A stretch of DNA of 64,000 nt from Desulfosudaceae bacterium (GCA_963674745.2 CAXXDV010000003.1:128001-192000), one strand, 5' to 3'. Positions 1 to 9,640 are shown, counted from the stretch's first letter. Numbers and translations are program-made. Notes: generated by a model from the letters alone, not told the origin.

Positions 1-132
1 GACCTCGTCGGCGCCCTTCAGGCCGAAACCTGGACGGACAGCAACAGTGATTTTCTTGTTGATCACGGTCCTGAAATCCAGCGCCGTATAAAGCATCCGG
101 CCCTTCGGGCCCGTGATGTCTGGATCGGCTGA
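1..132 (+). CDS. 3' end of a gene running in from the left edge, possibly a DUF4037-family protein
   Basis: Frame 1 is open from base 1 to TGA at 130-132 (..WTDSNSDFLVDHGPEIQRRI..VWIG*); resembles DUF4037 C-termini as I recall them. Confidence 0.45.
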   Translation, partial: DLVGALQAETWTDSNSDFLVDHGPEIQRRIKHPALRARDVWIG

Positions 133-148
133 AAGGAAAAAACAGAGC

Positions 149-1063
149 ATGAAACCACCGTTGCTGATCATCGGCGGTAGCTATTTTGCCGGCCGGGTTT
201 TGGTCGAAGAATTGCTTAAAACCGATGACTTCCGGATATCTGTGCTCAACCGCGGGAACCAGCCCCTCAACCGCGAGGGGGTTACCGAAATCCGGGCTGA
301 CCGGCACGACGCTGATGCCTTGGGGCAGGTGATTCCTGACGAGCCGTGGGCCGGAGTGATCGATTTCTGCGGGTATGACGACCAGGAGGTGGAAGTTCTG
401 CTGTCAACACCGGGCGTCCAATTTGCATCCCGATATATTTTTATCAGCACGGCCAGTGTTTACGAAAACAGCCGAAAATTGCCGTTGCTTGAATCTTCCG
501 GCCTGTTAACGGCTCCGCAGCCGGAACTGGGGTCGGCCGCAAATTATGGTTTTGACAAGTGCCGGGCGGAAGCAGCGGTGATTGAAAAGTGCCAGACAGC
601 GGGGATTGCCTGGACCATCCTGCGGCCGTCAATCGTTTACGGCCGTTACAATTACGCGCCCCGTGAAAGCTATTTTTTTGATCTGGTTCGAAAAGGGGAG
701 ACGGTGGTGGTCCCGCAAAATGATCTGCCCCTTTTTCAGTTTCTGCTGGTTGATGACCTGGCCCGGATTATCCGTTGCTGCCTGGAGGCCGAATCAGCCC
801 GCGACACGATTTTTAACGCGGCCGCCCCGGACTTGGTATCCTATGCCCGATACTTGGATGTCATAGAAGAGATAACCGGCGAACGCATCCCCGTGCTGCC
901 CATGTCCGTTCAGGAGATTGACGCCCGCCGTATCCCTCTGCCGTTTCCACTGGACAGCCACATTATTATTTCTACCGAAAAGCTGGTGCGTACCCTGGGT
1001 TTTGAATATACGGAATTTACGGAAGGCATGCGTCGTACGTGGGAATGGTTTAAAGGCCGATAA
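149..1063 (+). CDS. NAD-dependent epimerase/dehydratase family protein (atypical SDR)
   Basis: GGSYFAG dinucleotide-binding loop, FISTASVY, YGFDK (YxxxK), LRPSIVYG; ATG at 149 after AAGGA. Confidence 0.85.
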   Translation: MKPPLLIIGGSYFAGRVLVEELLKTDDFRISVLNRGNQPLNREGVTEIRADRHDADALGQVIPDEPWAGVIDFCGYDDQEVEVLLSTPGVQFASRYIFISTASVYENSRKLPLLESSGLLTAPQPELGSAANYGFDKCRAEAAVIEKCQTAGIAWTILRPSIVYGRYNYAPRESYFFDLVRKGETVVVPQNDLPLFQFLLVDDLARIIRCCLEAESARDTIFNAAAPDLVSYARYLDVIEEITGERIPVLPMSVQEIDARRIPLPFPLDSHIIISTEKLVRTLGFEYTEFTEGMRRTWEWFKGR

Positions 1064-1144
1064 CCCCGCCCATCCACTCAATTGGAGAAGCGCTCGTTTT
1101 TGTAATTTGTCACGTCAGTAAAGAGATATCGCGCCTGTGAGAAA

Positions 1145-2161
1145 CTATGTTTTGAGGATAGTCTCTACTTCCCGGGATTGATAGAACGACTCCAGGTGGG
1201 ACCTTAAGAGCCGTTCAAGACGACCCGATTCCCGAAGTGTTTTTATGACCGGCGCTAATGACTGATAGCCTTCTTCGACCAGGATGGATTTCGTAAAGCC
1301 CAGGTCGACGAGCATTTCAGGTACGGAAAAGTCCTGGTACATTTCAAAAACAATATGCACGATTTCAGTATATACTTCTTCAAAAAAAGGGGTTTTGCGA
1401 AATTTCGTCCAGAATTCATAGCCGAAGACAATAAAGTCTTCCATGTCGTCTTCGCTTATTTGACCGAAATGTTCGGCCAGCGGAATGTTAAAGGTGTTTT
1501 CCCAGATTTCATCCCCGTAGTCCATCAACCGGTCCTTGGTGAAAAATTGAGATACATATTTTTCACTGCGCTGAATTTTTCTTTCAATGTTATCGGCGAT
1601 AAAACGTTTGATGCTTTCCTGGACGGTAGATTCAACTTCAGGCCGGCCTTTTAAAGCGGTTTTTTTCCCCTGCTGAAGAAAAGACGATAGCTGTGGAAAG
1701 GCCTTCATCAGAAGATTCTCCTCCAGCAGGTAACTTTTGATGCCATTGTAGATCGCATCGGAAAGGGTTTCGGTGAAAACCTGACTGTTCGTAATCCGGT
1801 GAAACTGGCTTTCCCTGAAAGATTCCATGGAGGCTGATTTTTCAACGATATAGTCCCATAATTCACGGTCAAAAATATCTTTTAAATGTGTTTTTGAATG
1901 GATCGGAAAGGAAAGGAACCGGCGGCTGCATTCACCGATAATTTCCGTGATCGCGCCTGATATGGGAAAATCCACCACATATCGTTTCATATAAAACAGC
2001 AACAGTTCTGCTGATACCCATTCGCGTACCGGAACATTCTCCAGGTTTTCCCATGCGGCATTGATTCGTGTTTCAATGGTCTGTCGTAATTTGTCTTCTT
2101 TGAGCAGGTTCATTTCAAAATCAATGTGAGCGTCAAGAAGCCTGGAGGCGGTTTCGTTCAT
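1145..2161 (-). CDS. hypothetical protein (helical, 338 aa)
   Basis: Long ORF directly downstream of the fabR-like gene; no motif recognised. Confidence 0.7.
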   Translation of the reverse strand: MNETASRLLDAHIDFEMNLLKEDKLRQTIETRINAAWENLENVPVREWVSAELLLFYMKRYVVDFPISGAITEIIGECSRRFLSFPIHSKTHLKDIFDRELWDYIVEKSASMESFRESQFHRITNSQVFTETLSDAIYNGIKSYLLEENLLMKAFPQLSSFLQQGKKTALKGRPEVESTVQESIKRFIADNIERKIQRSEKYVSQFFTKDRLMDYGDEIWENTFNIPLAEHFGQISEDDMEDFIVFGYEFWTKFRKTPFFEEVYTEIVHIVFEMYQDFSVPEMLVDLGFTKSILVEEGYQSLAPVIKTLRESGRLERLLRSHLESFYQSREVETILKT

Positions 2162-2186
2162 TTTTTATCCGAAAATTGATGGTGTG

Positions 2187-2864
2187 TTACTGCGCCTGTT
2201 TTGACAGTGCGCCGAGAAAAAGGAGTTCGGTCTTTTCTAAAATTCGACCAACCGTATTCGCTTTGTCGTAATCCTGGTCAAGGATTTCCAGCCCTGCTTT
2301 GATTATCAGCTCCAGGAATGTTTCAGATATTGTAGGGATGAGGTTTCTGGTCGTTTCATTTTCAGTCAGATTCAGCAGGTGTATGGTGTAATCCCGGGTA
2401 AGCTCTCCCAGAATGCGGTTAACCGCGCCTCTTAATACGGCCAGGCTTCCCACCCGCACCTGAAAGAAAAAATGAAACAGGTGAAGGTTGTCTGATACAC
2501 CGTCGAGAAAATGTTCAATAAAAATTTTAACGACTTGCTGGTAGTCTGAAAAGGCATCCCGGGCAGAAGGAAGCGTGTGTTCTTCTATCGAATTCCGGAT
2601 TTTATCCAGATATTCATTTAAAACAAGCTCGACCTCATCTACCAGTTCAAGCCCGAGTTCGTCCATGTCTCGAAAATGGCGGTAAAATGAGGTCGGTGCA
2701 ATTCCGGCTTCCCGCGCCACCGACCGCAGGCTTAAGCTTGCGAATCCGTTCTCAGCACTTAATTCCAATGCGGCCTTTATCAAGGTCTGGCGGGTTTTTT
2801 GGGTCTGTTCCCTGCTGTGTCTGCGAGAAGCCATAGCTGTAATTGTTTTTTCCCGTTTATTCAT
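2187..2864 (-). CDS. fabR: FabR/DesT-like TetR-family repressor
   Basis: FASLSLRSVAREAGIAPTSFYRHFRDMDELGL is nearly identical to the FabR HTH signature. Confidence 0.85.
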   Translation of the reverse strand: MNKREKTITAMASRRHSREQTQKTRQTLIKAALELSAENGFASLSLRSVAREAGIAPTSFYRHFRDMDELGLELVDEVELVLNEYLDKIRNSIEEHTLPSARDAFSDYQQVVKIFIEHFLDGVSDNLHLFHFFFQVRVGSLAVLRGAVNRILGELTRDYTIHLLNLTENETTRNLIPTISETFLELIIKAGLEILDQDYDKANTVGRILEKTELLFLGALSKQAQ

Positions 2865-2947
2865 TCATAAACCATATCAGGCGTACTGACAAGTAGCGAT
2901 TGCTGTTTTACCACACCGAGGCTCGAGCGGATATGGTCAGCCGGCCA

Positions 2948-3163
2948 TCATAAGCTCATCATGGCGATGATTGCCGTAAAGTACCCGGCAACCGTAAACA
3001 GACGCAATTTCGAAAAGAATCTGATATCTTCTGAAAGCCGGGGATTTACGTCGGCAGTACCGGGCATCCTGGCCAGGGAAGGCAGACGGCTCCTGCCGGT
3101 GTCGTTACCGGCCGTGTTCTGCCCGGCCTCTGTCAGTATATTCATCTGTTTGTTCTGCTCCAT
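2948..3163 (-). CDS. possible small protein (71 aa) with hydrophobic C-terminus
   Basis: ATG at 3163 preceded by AAGGA; lies between the FabR-box promoter and fabR. Confidence 0.35.
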   Translation of the reverse strand: MEQNKQMNILTEAGQNTAGNDTGRSRLPSLARMPGTADVNPRLSEDIRFFSKLRLFTVAGYFTAIIAMMSL

Positions 3164-3366
3164 AACCGGAGTCCTTCTTGGCGGAGAAAGATTGACAGTA
3201 CCTTCTTTGTGCCCCTTGATTAAAACAGCCATGGCAGGGTAAAAACTACAACTGAACTCACTTTTTTGGGTTTGTAAATTGAACATGTCAGCCGCCTTTG
3301 TTTTGGGAGTTATGTTGATTGAAACTGTCATTTTCTAACTGTACGTTTATTTGTTAAAATATATGT

Positions 3367-3382
3367 GCGTACACATGTACGC
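3367..3382. promoter_or_regulatory. FabR/DesT-type operator
   Basis: Palindrome GCGTACA-CA-TGTACGC, matching the FabR consensus type (GCGTACAnnTGTxCGC), upstream of the fabR-like gene. Confidence 0.8.
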
Positions 3383-3396
3383 TTAACTGTAAATAC

Positions 3397-3425
3397 AAAT
3401 TATCCATTCTTGTCTGCCTTGTCAA
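3397..3425 (-). promoter_or_regulatory. sigma70 promoter for the fabR unit
   Basis: TTGACA (3425-3420), 17 bp spacer, TAATTT (3402-3397); the operator lies just downstream. Confidence 0.6.
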
Positions 3426-3529
3426 GTAAAAAAATAGTACACCGGGCGATTTATTTATTTTTGGCTCGTCTATCGATTCGTTGTAATAATCGAATTGGAT
3501 AATTTTCAGAACAGTAGAGGGCCTTGGAA

Positions 3530-3565
3530 GGGTTCAAGAATTCAAGGATTCGAGGGGTCAAGTGA
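3530..3565. repeat. octamer tandem array (GGGTTCAA GAATTCAA GGATTCGA GGGGTCAA GTGA)
   Basis: 8-bp periodicity; reverse complement of the arrays at 3739, 44363 and 45976. Confidence 0.8.
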
Positions 3566-3599
3566 ACTACTATAAACAAAGAACTGACGAATTTCTAAG

Positions 3600-3746
3600 A
3601 GTTCGGTTTGTGGGTTGGAACCCGGATATTATTCACTGGCAATTCAATCCTCCTTGGAAAGAATAATTTGCAAGTAAAAGGGAATATAGCAGGAATAGAA
3701 AATATGCTAAAAACTTTCATAAATCCTCTTAATAACAAACCCTTGA
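3600..3746 (+). pseudogene. decayed four-helix-bundle (23S rRNA IVS protein-like) gene remnant, C-terminal half
   Basis: SVCGLE (frame from 3600) plus a frameshift to TRILFTGN...NIAGIENMLKTFINPL resembles the GSxxELETQ...EIxxMLxxLIxSL end of that family; N-terminus absent. Confidence 0.55.
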
Positions 3747-3770
3747 CCCCTTGGAGCCTTCGATCCTGTG
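3739..3770. repeat. degenerate octamer array (ACCCTTGA CCCCTTGG AGCCTTCG ATCCTGTG)
   Basis: Inverted relative to 3530-3565. Confidence 0.65.
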
Positions 3771-3794
3771 AGCCCACTAAATTGGAGAAGAACC

Positions 3795-4280
3795 TTAATC
3801 TTTAAGGCTGATCAGAAAGTCGACCATGGCGGGGACATCGGATCGGGGCAGAACGGGCAGATCGGTTTCAATCGGGTCATCGGTGATCACCGCCTGAACT
3901 TCCCGTCGTTCTTTAAAGAGGGGCTCTTTCCCGACTTCAGCCCGCCAGACCTCGATTTTTTTGCCGGGGCCGTCGATGTATCCTTCAACCAGGATAATAT
4001 TGCAGTCAATAAAAAGAGCGGACAGGCGGTCAAAGGGATTTTCTGACGGTTCATAGGGGAGAAAGACGGCCAGCTGGTTGGTGGTGGAGACAGCCACCGG
4101 AACCGCACCGGCCTGGCGGTGCCGGTAGGAATCCTTGCCGGGTTTGTCCAGTTCGTGGGCGTGTCCGCTGTGCTTCAGGGTACCGACTTTCAGCCCCCGG
4201 CGCGTTATTTCTTGAATAAGTTCAACAATCAGGGTTGTTTTGCCGTTCTTGGAACGGCCCGTGATATGGACAATATGCAT
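3795..4280 (-). CDS. mobB: molybdopterin-guanine dinucleotide biosynthesis protein B
   Basis: GRSKNGKTT P-loop, KHSGH, DKPGKDS, ILVEGY; start taken at MHIVHITG. Confidence 0.9.
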   Translation of the reverse strand: MHIVHITGRSKNGKTTLIVELIQEITRRGLKVGTLKHSGHAHELDKPGKDSYRHRQAGAVPVAVSTTNQLAVFLPYEPSENPFDRLSALFIDCNIILVEGYIDGPGKKIEVWRAEVGKEPLFKERREVQAVITDDPIETDLPVLPRSDVPAMVDFLISLKD

Positions 4281-4360
4281 TAAAAGGCCTTTCCGGACGC
4301 TAAGAATTGAGCCCGACGGTCGTAAAGCCCGGTGTTTTTGCAACCGGCTGCGTCATTACA

Positions 4361-5950
4361 TCAAAACGGTACCACATTTTCAGCGTCAGGTGAAAATACG
4401 TCTTTGAGCAGCCGTGCCAGGTGCTTCTCCGAACTGGACTTGGGTATTTCATCCACCAGCTGAAAATAGGAGGGGAAAGAGTTGGCCTCCAGCCCCTTGC
4501 GGCACAACTCACGAACACCGTCCAGGTCAACGGTGGCACCTTCAAAGGGCGTTACAGCCACCACGATGTCGCTTTCGCCGGGGGCGCCGGAGGCGGCTGG
4601 AATGCCGTAAACGCAGGCTTCCGAAACCGTTTCATGTTCACCCACGACCCGTTCCACAAAATCGGGTTGAACAAAATCGCCCTGCCGGCGAAGCCCCCCG
4701 CCTTTGCGGAAGTCAAAATAGAGATAACCTTTTTTATCCTTGTGGCAGATATCACCGCTGCGAAGCCAGCCGCCACGGGTTTTCTCACTGGATTCTTTCT
4801 TCTTTCCGAAATAATTCACCTGGGTAGGACCGAAAGTCATGCGGCTGATCAACTCGCCCCGTTCGCCCGCAGGCAATTCATTATCTTTTTCATCCACGAT
4901 TTTCATACGGTAGAGAATGGGGTTGGGCTTCCCGAAAGAACCGATGGGACCGCCTTTACCGGGCGGGTTATGGCACAGGCCGCCCTCAATGGCAGCGTAC
5001 CATTCATGAATCTGAACGTTAAAACGTTTTTCAAAATCCTGCCAGATGGCCTGGGGCGTGCCGGCACTGACCACCCGGCGCACGGGGTTGTCGGCGTCGT
5101 TTTCTTTGACCGGTTCATTGAAAATACCGGCCATCATGCCGCCCAACAGAGAAAAAGTGGTGCAGCCGTATTTGCGGCAGATGTCCCAGATGCGGCTCTT
5201 GGTGAATTTTTCACTGACCACGGCATGAATATTCGGGCGGGCCAGCGCCGGGAATACCGTTACCGCCTGGGCGTTGCCATGGGTCATGGACAGGCCGGTA
5301 TAGGGGATTTCATCGTTCTGGTATTTCCAGACCAGTTTATCCAGTAAAGCGTAATTTTTGAAACGGTCGGCCTTGAGAACGACACCCTTGGGATCACCGG
5401 TGGTCCCGGAAGTATGGATGATCTGGACGGGGCTCTTTTTTGAAAAGGGGAAGATTTTGTCCGGCAGATCGGGTGACGCCTGGGCCATTTCATCGGCCAG
5501 CGACGGCCATTCCTTGACAATGTCTATCTGGTGATGGTCTTTGTACAAGACTCCGGCGACCCGGGTATTCGTGATCTTATCTTCGATTTCCCGGATGCTT
5601 TGAATAAACTCATCACTGATCAACAGGGCTTTGGATTTGGTGTTGTTGATTTGAAAGGCCAGTTTTTCTCCCTTGGAACGCGGGTCGACCGGCACCGCGA
5701 TGGCACCGATGGAAAGGGCTGAAAACAGGGCGTAAAGAAACTCCGGATAATTCCGCATGATCATGGTAAACGTGTCACCCGGACCGATGCCGTTTTTAAG
5801 CAGCACATGGGAGAGCCGGTTGGTCTGTTCAAAAATATTTCCGTAAGTGACTTTTTCATCCGATCCATCGGAATTGACGAATATGTAAGCCAGTCGATCC
5901 GGATCGATCTTTTTGATTTTCATGCAACTGAATATGGGCAGTTTACGCAT
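4361..5950 (-). CDS. acyl-CoA ligase (AMP-forming, CaiC-like)
   Basis: HTSGTTGDPKG AMP-binding motif, WYAAIEG, WLRSGD, IPKSSSEK. Confidence 0.9.
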   Translation of the reverse strand: MRKLPIFSCMKIKKIDPDRLAYIFVNSDGSDEKVTYGNIFEQTNRLSHVLLKNGIGPGDTFTMIMRNYPEFLYALFSALSIGAIAVPVDPRSKGEKLAFQINNTKSKALLISDEFIQSIREIEDKITNTRVAGVLYKDHHQIDIVKEWPSLADEMAQASPDLPDKIFPFSKKSPVQIIHTSGTTGDPKGVVLKADRFKNYALLDKLVWKYQNDEIPYTGLSMTHGNAQAVTVFPALARPNIHAVVSEKFTKSRIWDICRKYGCTTFSLLGGMMAGIFNEPVKENDADNPVRRVVSAGTPQAIWQDFEKRFNVQIHEWYAAIEGGLCHNPPGKGGPIGSFGKPNPILYRMKIVDEKDNELPAGERGELISRMTFGPTQVNYFGKKKESSEKTRGGWLRSGDICHKDKKGYLYFDFRKGGGLRRQGDFVQPDFVERVVGEHETVSEACVYGIPAASGAPGESDIVVAVTPFEGATVDLDGVRELCRKGLEANSFPSYFQLVDEIPKSSSEKHLARLLKDVFSPDAENVVPF

Positions 5951-6032
5951 GATCCCTCCTTATCCCGCGTAATAATTTCTGATAAAGGTTTAAGGCAACC
6001 CCGTGAACCCAAAATAAAGGGCCTGAGCTGAA

Positions 6033-7151
6033 CTATAATATCTCTTTTATAAGCCGGATTTTTTTCATGGGAAAATTGCCCAGAAAGGCCTGAATCTGGC
6101 CGGCGTCACGAAACCGTTTTTCCTGGCCGAAATCTTTCATGTATCCCACGCCGCCCATGGCCTGGATGCCGTCCGTTGCCAGGGCCGTTGCTGTTGAAAG
6201 TACATGCAGCGCGGCTGCCTGGACTTTTTGCGGCCAGTTTTTCTCCTTTTCCGTCATGGCCAGGCATGCCTGCGCCACCAGCATGTCAGCCACCTGCATC
6301 TGGATGGCCATGTTGGCCAGCAGCATCTGCATTTCAGACCAGTCCGCGATTTTTCTTCCGCCCTGGCTGCGTTGACGGCAGTAGCCCACGGCTTCATTAA
6401 AAGAGCCCTTCATGATGCCGCAGGACATGGCCGCGGCCACCAGTTGCATGGTTTCGGCCGTCTTTTCAAAATACGCGGCACCTTCACCGGTGTTGCCCAC
6501 CGGTTGACCGACAGCTTTATTCAGCTTGATATCAACTGCCGGACAGGCATGCAGGCCGTGACTCATGATGGGTTCGCCTCTGGTAACGGTTGCATCGGCA
6601 AGGCCTACCAGAAACCAGGTATAGCTGTTTTCCCCTTGAATCATGGCCGGAATCAGCGCCTGTGACGCCACACCGCCCATTACCAGATAATCCACCGATC
6701 CGGACAGGAGATAGCTTTCTCCTTCCTTGACAGCATCAGCAGCGAGGGGCACTTCCGAAGGATTGCATAAAACCGGGCAGGCGATTAAAAAGTCTTCCGG
6801 TGTTTTCTGGTCATCGGCAATTGTTTTGAGCAATCCCTCGGCACCGGCAGCCAGGATGATCTGTTGCGCGTAAGCGTTGGTGAAAATAATTCCGCCCAGG
6901 CTACTGTCTTCCTGGCAGATATTATCCAGAATCAGGCATAACGCTTCCAGCCCGTGGCCGACCCCGCCCAGTTCCTCGGGAAGGGTGATATGAAAGAAAT
7001 CAAGGTCGAATGCTTTTTCAATGATGTGGCTGAAAAACGGTCCAAACGGAAACTTGTCGGTCTCTTCCCGTTCCGGCGCCAGCATTTTTTTCGCGAATTC
7101 CCGGGACGCGTTGTCCAGAAGTTTCAGCTCTTTGTTATTCGCTGCGCTCAT
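6033..7151 (-). CDS. acyl-CoA dehydrogenase-like protein lacking the C-terminal catalytic Glu (possible beta subunit)
   Basis: RSQGG, DGIQAMGGVGYMKDFGQEKRFRDA, but QIQAFLG where IYEGT is expected. Confidence 0.85.
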   Translation of the reverse strand: MSAANNKELKLLDNASREFAKKMLAPEREETDKFPFGPFFSHIIEKAFDLDFFHITLPEELGGVGHGLEALCLILDNICQEDSSLGGIIFTNAYAQQIILAAGAEGLLKTIADDQKTPEDFLIACPVLCNPSEVPLAADAVKEGESYLLSGSVDYLVMGGVASQALIPAMIQGENSYTWFLVGLADATVTRGEPIMSHGLHACPAVDIKLNKAVGQPVGNTGEGAAYFEKTAETMQLVAAAMSCGIMKGSFNEAVGYCRQRSQGGRKIADWSEMQMLLANMAIQMQVADMLVAQACLAMTEKEKNWPQKVQAAALHVLSTATALATDGIQAMGGVGYMKDFGQEKRFRDAGQIQAFLGNFPMKKIRLIKEIL

Positions 7152-7213
7152 GGTGAGCCTCCTATGGTGTCATCGTTATCAGGTGATGGTTTCTTATGTT
7201 TTTATTAAATTCT

Positions 7214-8725
7214 TTATATACTGTCTTCCGAGAAAACGGCTGAACCCGGACAATTCCTGGCAATCAACCGCTTAAACAGGTTGATGCGATTAACCTGGTT
7301 GGTGCCTTCGTAAATTTGAAGCAGCTTGGCGTCCCGTAACATTTTTTCAGCCCATTCGTTCTGTCGCACGCCGGCCTGCCCCATGAGCTCCAGCGCCATG
7401 CGGCAGTTGGTGACGCCGGCGTCGGTCCCGGCCACTTTGGCCAGGGAACCCCAGCCGTCTACGCGATCAATTTCAGCATCGGTTTGCATGTCAAAATTGA
7501 GCTTCCGCATCAACCAGGTGTTGAGCGGTTTGGAATTGAACCATTTGTTGAGACCGGCGAACAGACCGGCCGGCATGAACTTCAACATATAATAGGTGGG
7601 TTTGCTGTTTAACAGCTTCATCAGGCCGTGTAAACCATTGGCATAGTTGGCCTCGGAGTAAGCGATCCTGGCCAGGGCCACGTTTTTATACATTTCCGCC
7701 AGCATGCTCTGGCACCATTCATAGTCCACCATTTTCCGGCCTTCCAGTTGGTGCTCAGAGGCAAAACGCAGGGCGGTTTCAAAGGCGCCTCTGGCCGCGC
7801 CTGTGCCGAATGCGCCTACCCCCATACGGGAGGCGCCCCAGATATAGGCAAAAATCTGGGCGTTGGTGTCGTGACAGCATCGTTTGAGTTTGTCGATATG
7901 GGTATTGTCAATACAGACATTTTCATCCGGCACAAAGCAGTCACTGAAAATCAATTCACTGGCAATACTGCCTTTTTGTCCCATTTTCTTTTCGGTCTTA
8001 CCGAAGGAAAACCCTTTATCCCCTGTTTTTACGGCCAGCATGACGGTGTTCTCCGCGGCCCGATCCAGGTCCGTATAAGCGTGTACCAGGTGCCAGGTCG
8101 ACATATGGCCCATGGAGATGAAAATTTTAGTGCCGTTCAATACATACCCGCCGTCGACTTTTTTGGCGTGACAGCGAAGGTTGCCGGAATTCATGAACTC
8201 CACGTTTTGTGAATCCGTTCCGGCATCCGGTTCGGTCATGGCCAGCGAAAGCAGGCAGGGATTGCCGGTTTTTTCGCCCTCGACCACTTCCCGGAGAATA
8301 CGGTCCACGATTTTGATATTCCACGAGGAGGATATCTTGGTTACGCCCAGATAATGAACCCCGATAATGTTGGCGATGGCCAGGCAGCGGGAGGCAATCT
8401 CTTCCAGAAAGAATCCGATAGCGGACATGGAATAGCCTTTGCCACCGAAGAGTTTGGGCAGAAACAGGGTATAAAACCCCCATTCATTGGCTTTCTGCAC
8501 ATAATCCCAGGCCAGATGATCATGGTCCTCGTGCATTTTTCTGTCCAGCTCAAGCGCCCCGGGGATGGTAACTTCCTGGTTGAATTTTCTGGCAAGAGCA
8601 ATCAACATTCGGGTTTCTTTGATAATGCCTTTAGGCTGTTTTCCCGTCGCGTTGAGACTTAACATGATGTCATCAAAGGCAGGCTCCTTGTTTGTCCACA
8701 TCTTTATTTCTGACCGGGAAATCAT
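7214..8725 (-). CDS. acyl-CoA dehydrogenase with an internal insertion
   Basis: AMTEPDAGTD, LNGTKIFIS, EKKMG, EKMLRDAKLLQIYEGTNQ. Confidence 0.92.
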   Translation of the reverse strand: MISRSEIKMWTNKEPAFDDIMLSLNATGKQPKGIIKETRMLIALARKFNQEVTIPGALELDRKMHEDHDHLAWDYVQKANEWGFYTLFLPKLFGGKGYSMSAIGFFLEEIASRCLAIANIIGVHYLGVTKISSSWNIKIVDRILREVVEGEKTGNPCLLSLAMTEPDAGTDSQNVEFMNSGNLRCHAKKVDGGYVLNGTKIFISMGHMSTWHLVHAYTDLDRAAENTVMLAVKTGDKGFSFGKTEKKMGQKGSIASELIFSDCFVPDENVCIDNTHIDKLKRCCHDTNAQIFAYIWGASRMGVGAFGTGAARGAFETALRFASEHQLEGRKMVDYEWCQSMLAEMYKNVALARIAYSEANYANGLHGLMKLLNSKPTYYMLKFMPAGLFAGLNKWFNSKPLNTWLMRKLNFDMQTDAEIDRVDGWGSLAKVAGTDAGVTNCRMALELMGQAGVRQNEWAEKMLRDAKLLQIYEGTNQVNRINLFKRLIARNCPGSAVFSEDSI

Positions 8726-8795
8726 TGTCTCCTCCTGGTCCGGACATGCCGGAAAAGATTAAAAAAGTTAATTGTTTAAAATACGTATATGCCGG

Positions 8796-9605
8796 TTAGA
8801 CCCCTTTAACCATCATCTCTGTTATGGCGTTTATCATTCGTTTAGGTGTGAAGCGGTTCATGACAAAGAAAAGGAACCACAGGTTGGGCTCTGGTATATA
8901 CACTGACTTTCCTTTGATAAATGCCTGAACGCCTTTTCCGGCAATGGTGGCGGGGTCGCTTTTTCCGGCAAAACGATAAAATCTTAATTTCTCGGGGAAA
9001 CCGTCACCTTTAAGCAACGGGGTATCCGTGTACCCGGGGTTAAGGGTAAATATTTTGACATGGGTACCTTTAAGCTCCTGTTGCACCGCCTCACTGAGAC
9101 TCTGGACAAACGCCTTGGTGGCACCGTAAACAGCATGACGGGGCGTGGGAACGAAAGCGGAAACGGAGACAACGTTAAAGATGTATCCGGAATCGCGCTT
9201 GACCATGTCGGGCAGAAAATAGTGCATCATCAACATATAGGCCCTTGCGTTCACGGCTAAGACCCTTTCATGGGCGGCTACGGAAGTCTCATGAAACTTC
9301 CCGAAGGAAATGGTGCCGGCATTATTTACCAGCACATCAATTTGGGGGGAGAGTCTCTTGACCCGGTTATATATATCGTCCGGACCTTCGGGGCCGGACA
9401 GATCACCGGTGAGCGTGGAGACATTGATGCGATAAGTGCTTTTCAGCTCTTCACCCCAGGCTTCCAGGGTTTCCTTTTCTGCTTCCAGGGCCACGATAAT
9501 CAGGTTGGCGCCTTCCGCGGCAAAACACCGTGACAGTTCCTTGCCGATACCCGAGGACCCCCCGGTGATAAAAACGGTTTTCCCCTTCAGGTTGATTATC
9601 GCCAT
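8796..9605 (-). CDS. classical short-chain dehydrogenase/reductase
   Basis: TGGSSGIG, NNAG, Ser and YGATK catalytic motifs. Confidence 0.92.
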   Translation of the reverse strand: MAIINLKGKTVFITGGSSGIGKELSRCFAAEGANLIIVALEAEKETLEAWGEELKSTYRINVSTLTGDLSGPEGPDDIYNRVKRLSPQIDVLVNNAGTISFGKFHETSVAAHERVLAVNARAYMLMMHYFLPDMVKRDSGYIFNVVSVSAFVPTPRHAVYGATKAFVQSLSEAVQQELKGTHVKIFTLNPGYTDTPLLKGDGFPEKLRFYRFAGKSDPATIAGKGVQAFIKGKSVYIPEPNLWFLFFVMNRFTPKRMINAITEMMVKGV

Positions 9606-9640
9606 ATTTCTGTCCTTAATTATGATGCCTGTAACGAAAA

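Noticed and set aside
4414..5347. Long antisense ORFs (e.g. 4421-5347; likewise 20413-21174, 34681-35658, 57257-58126)
   Set aside because: They are shadows of well-supported genes on the opposite strand and carry no motifs
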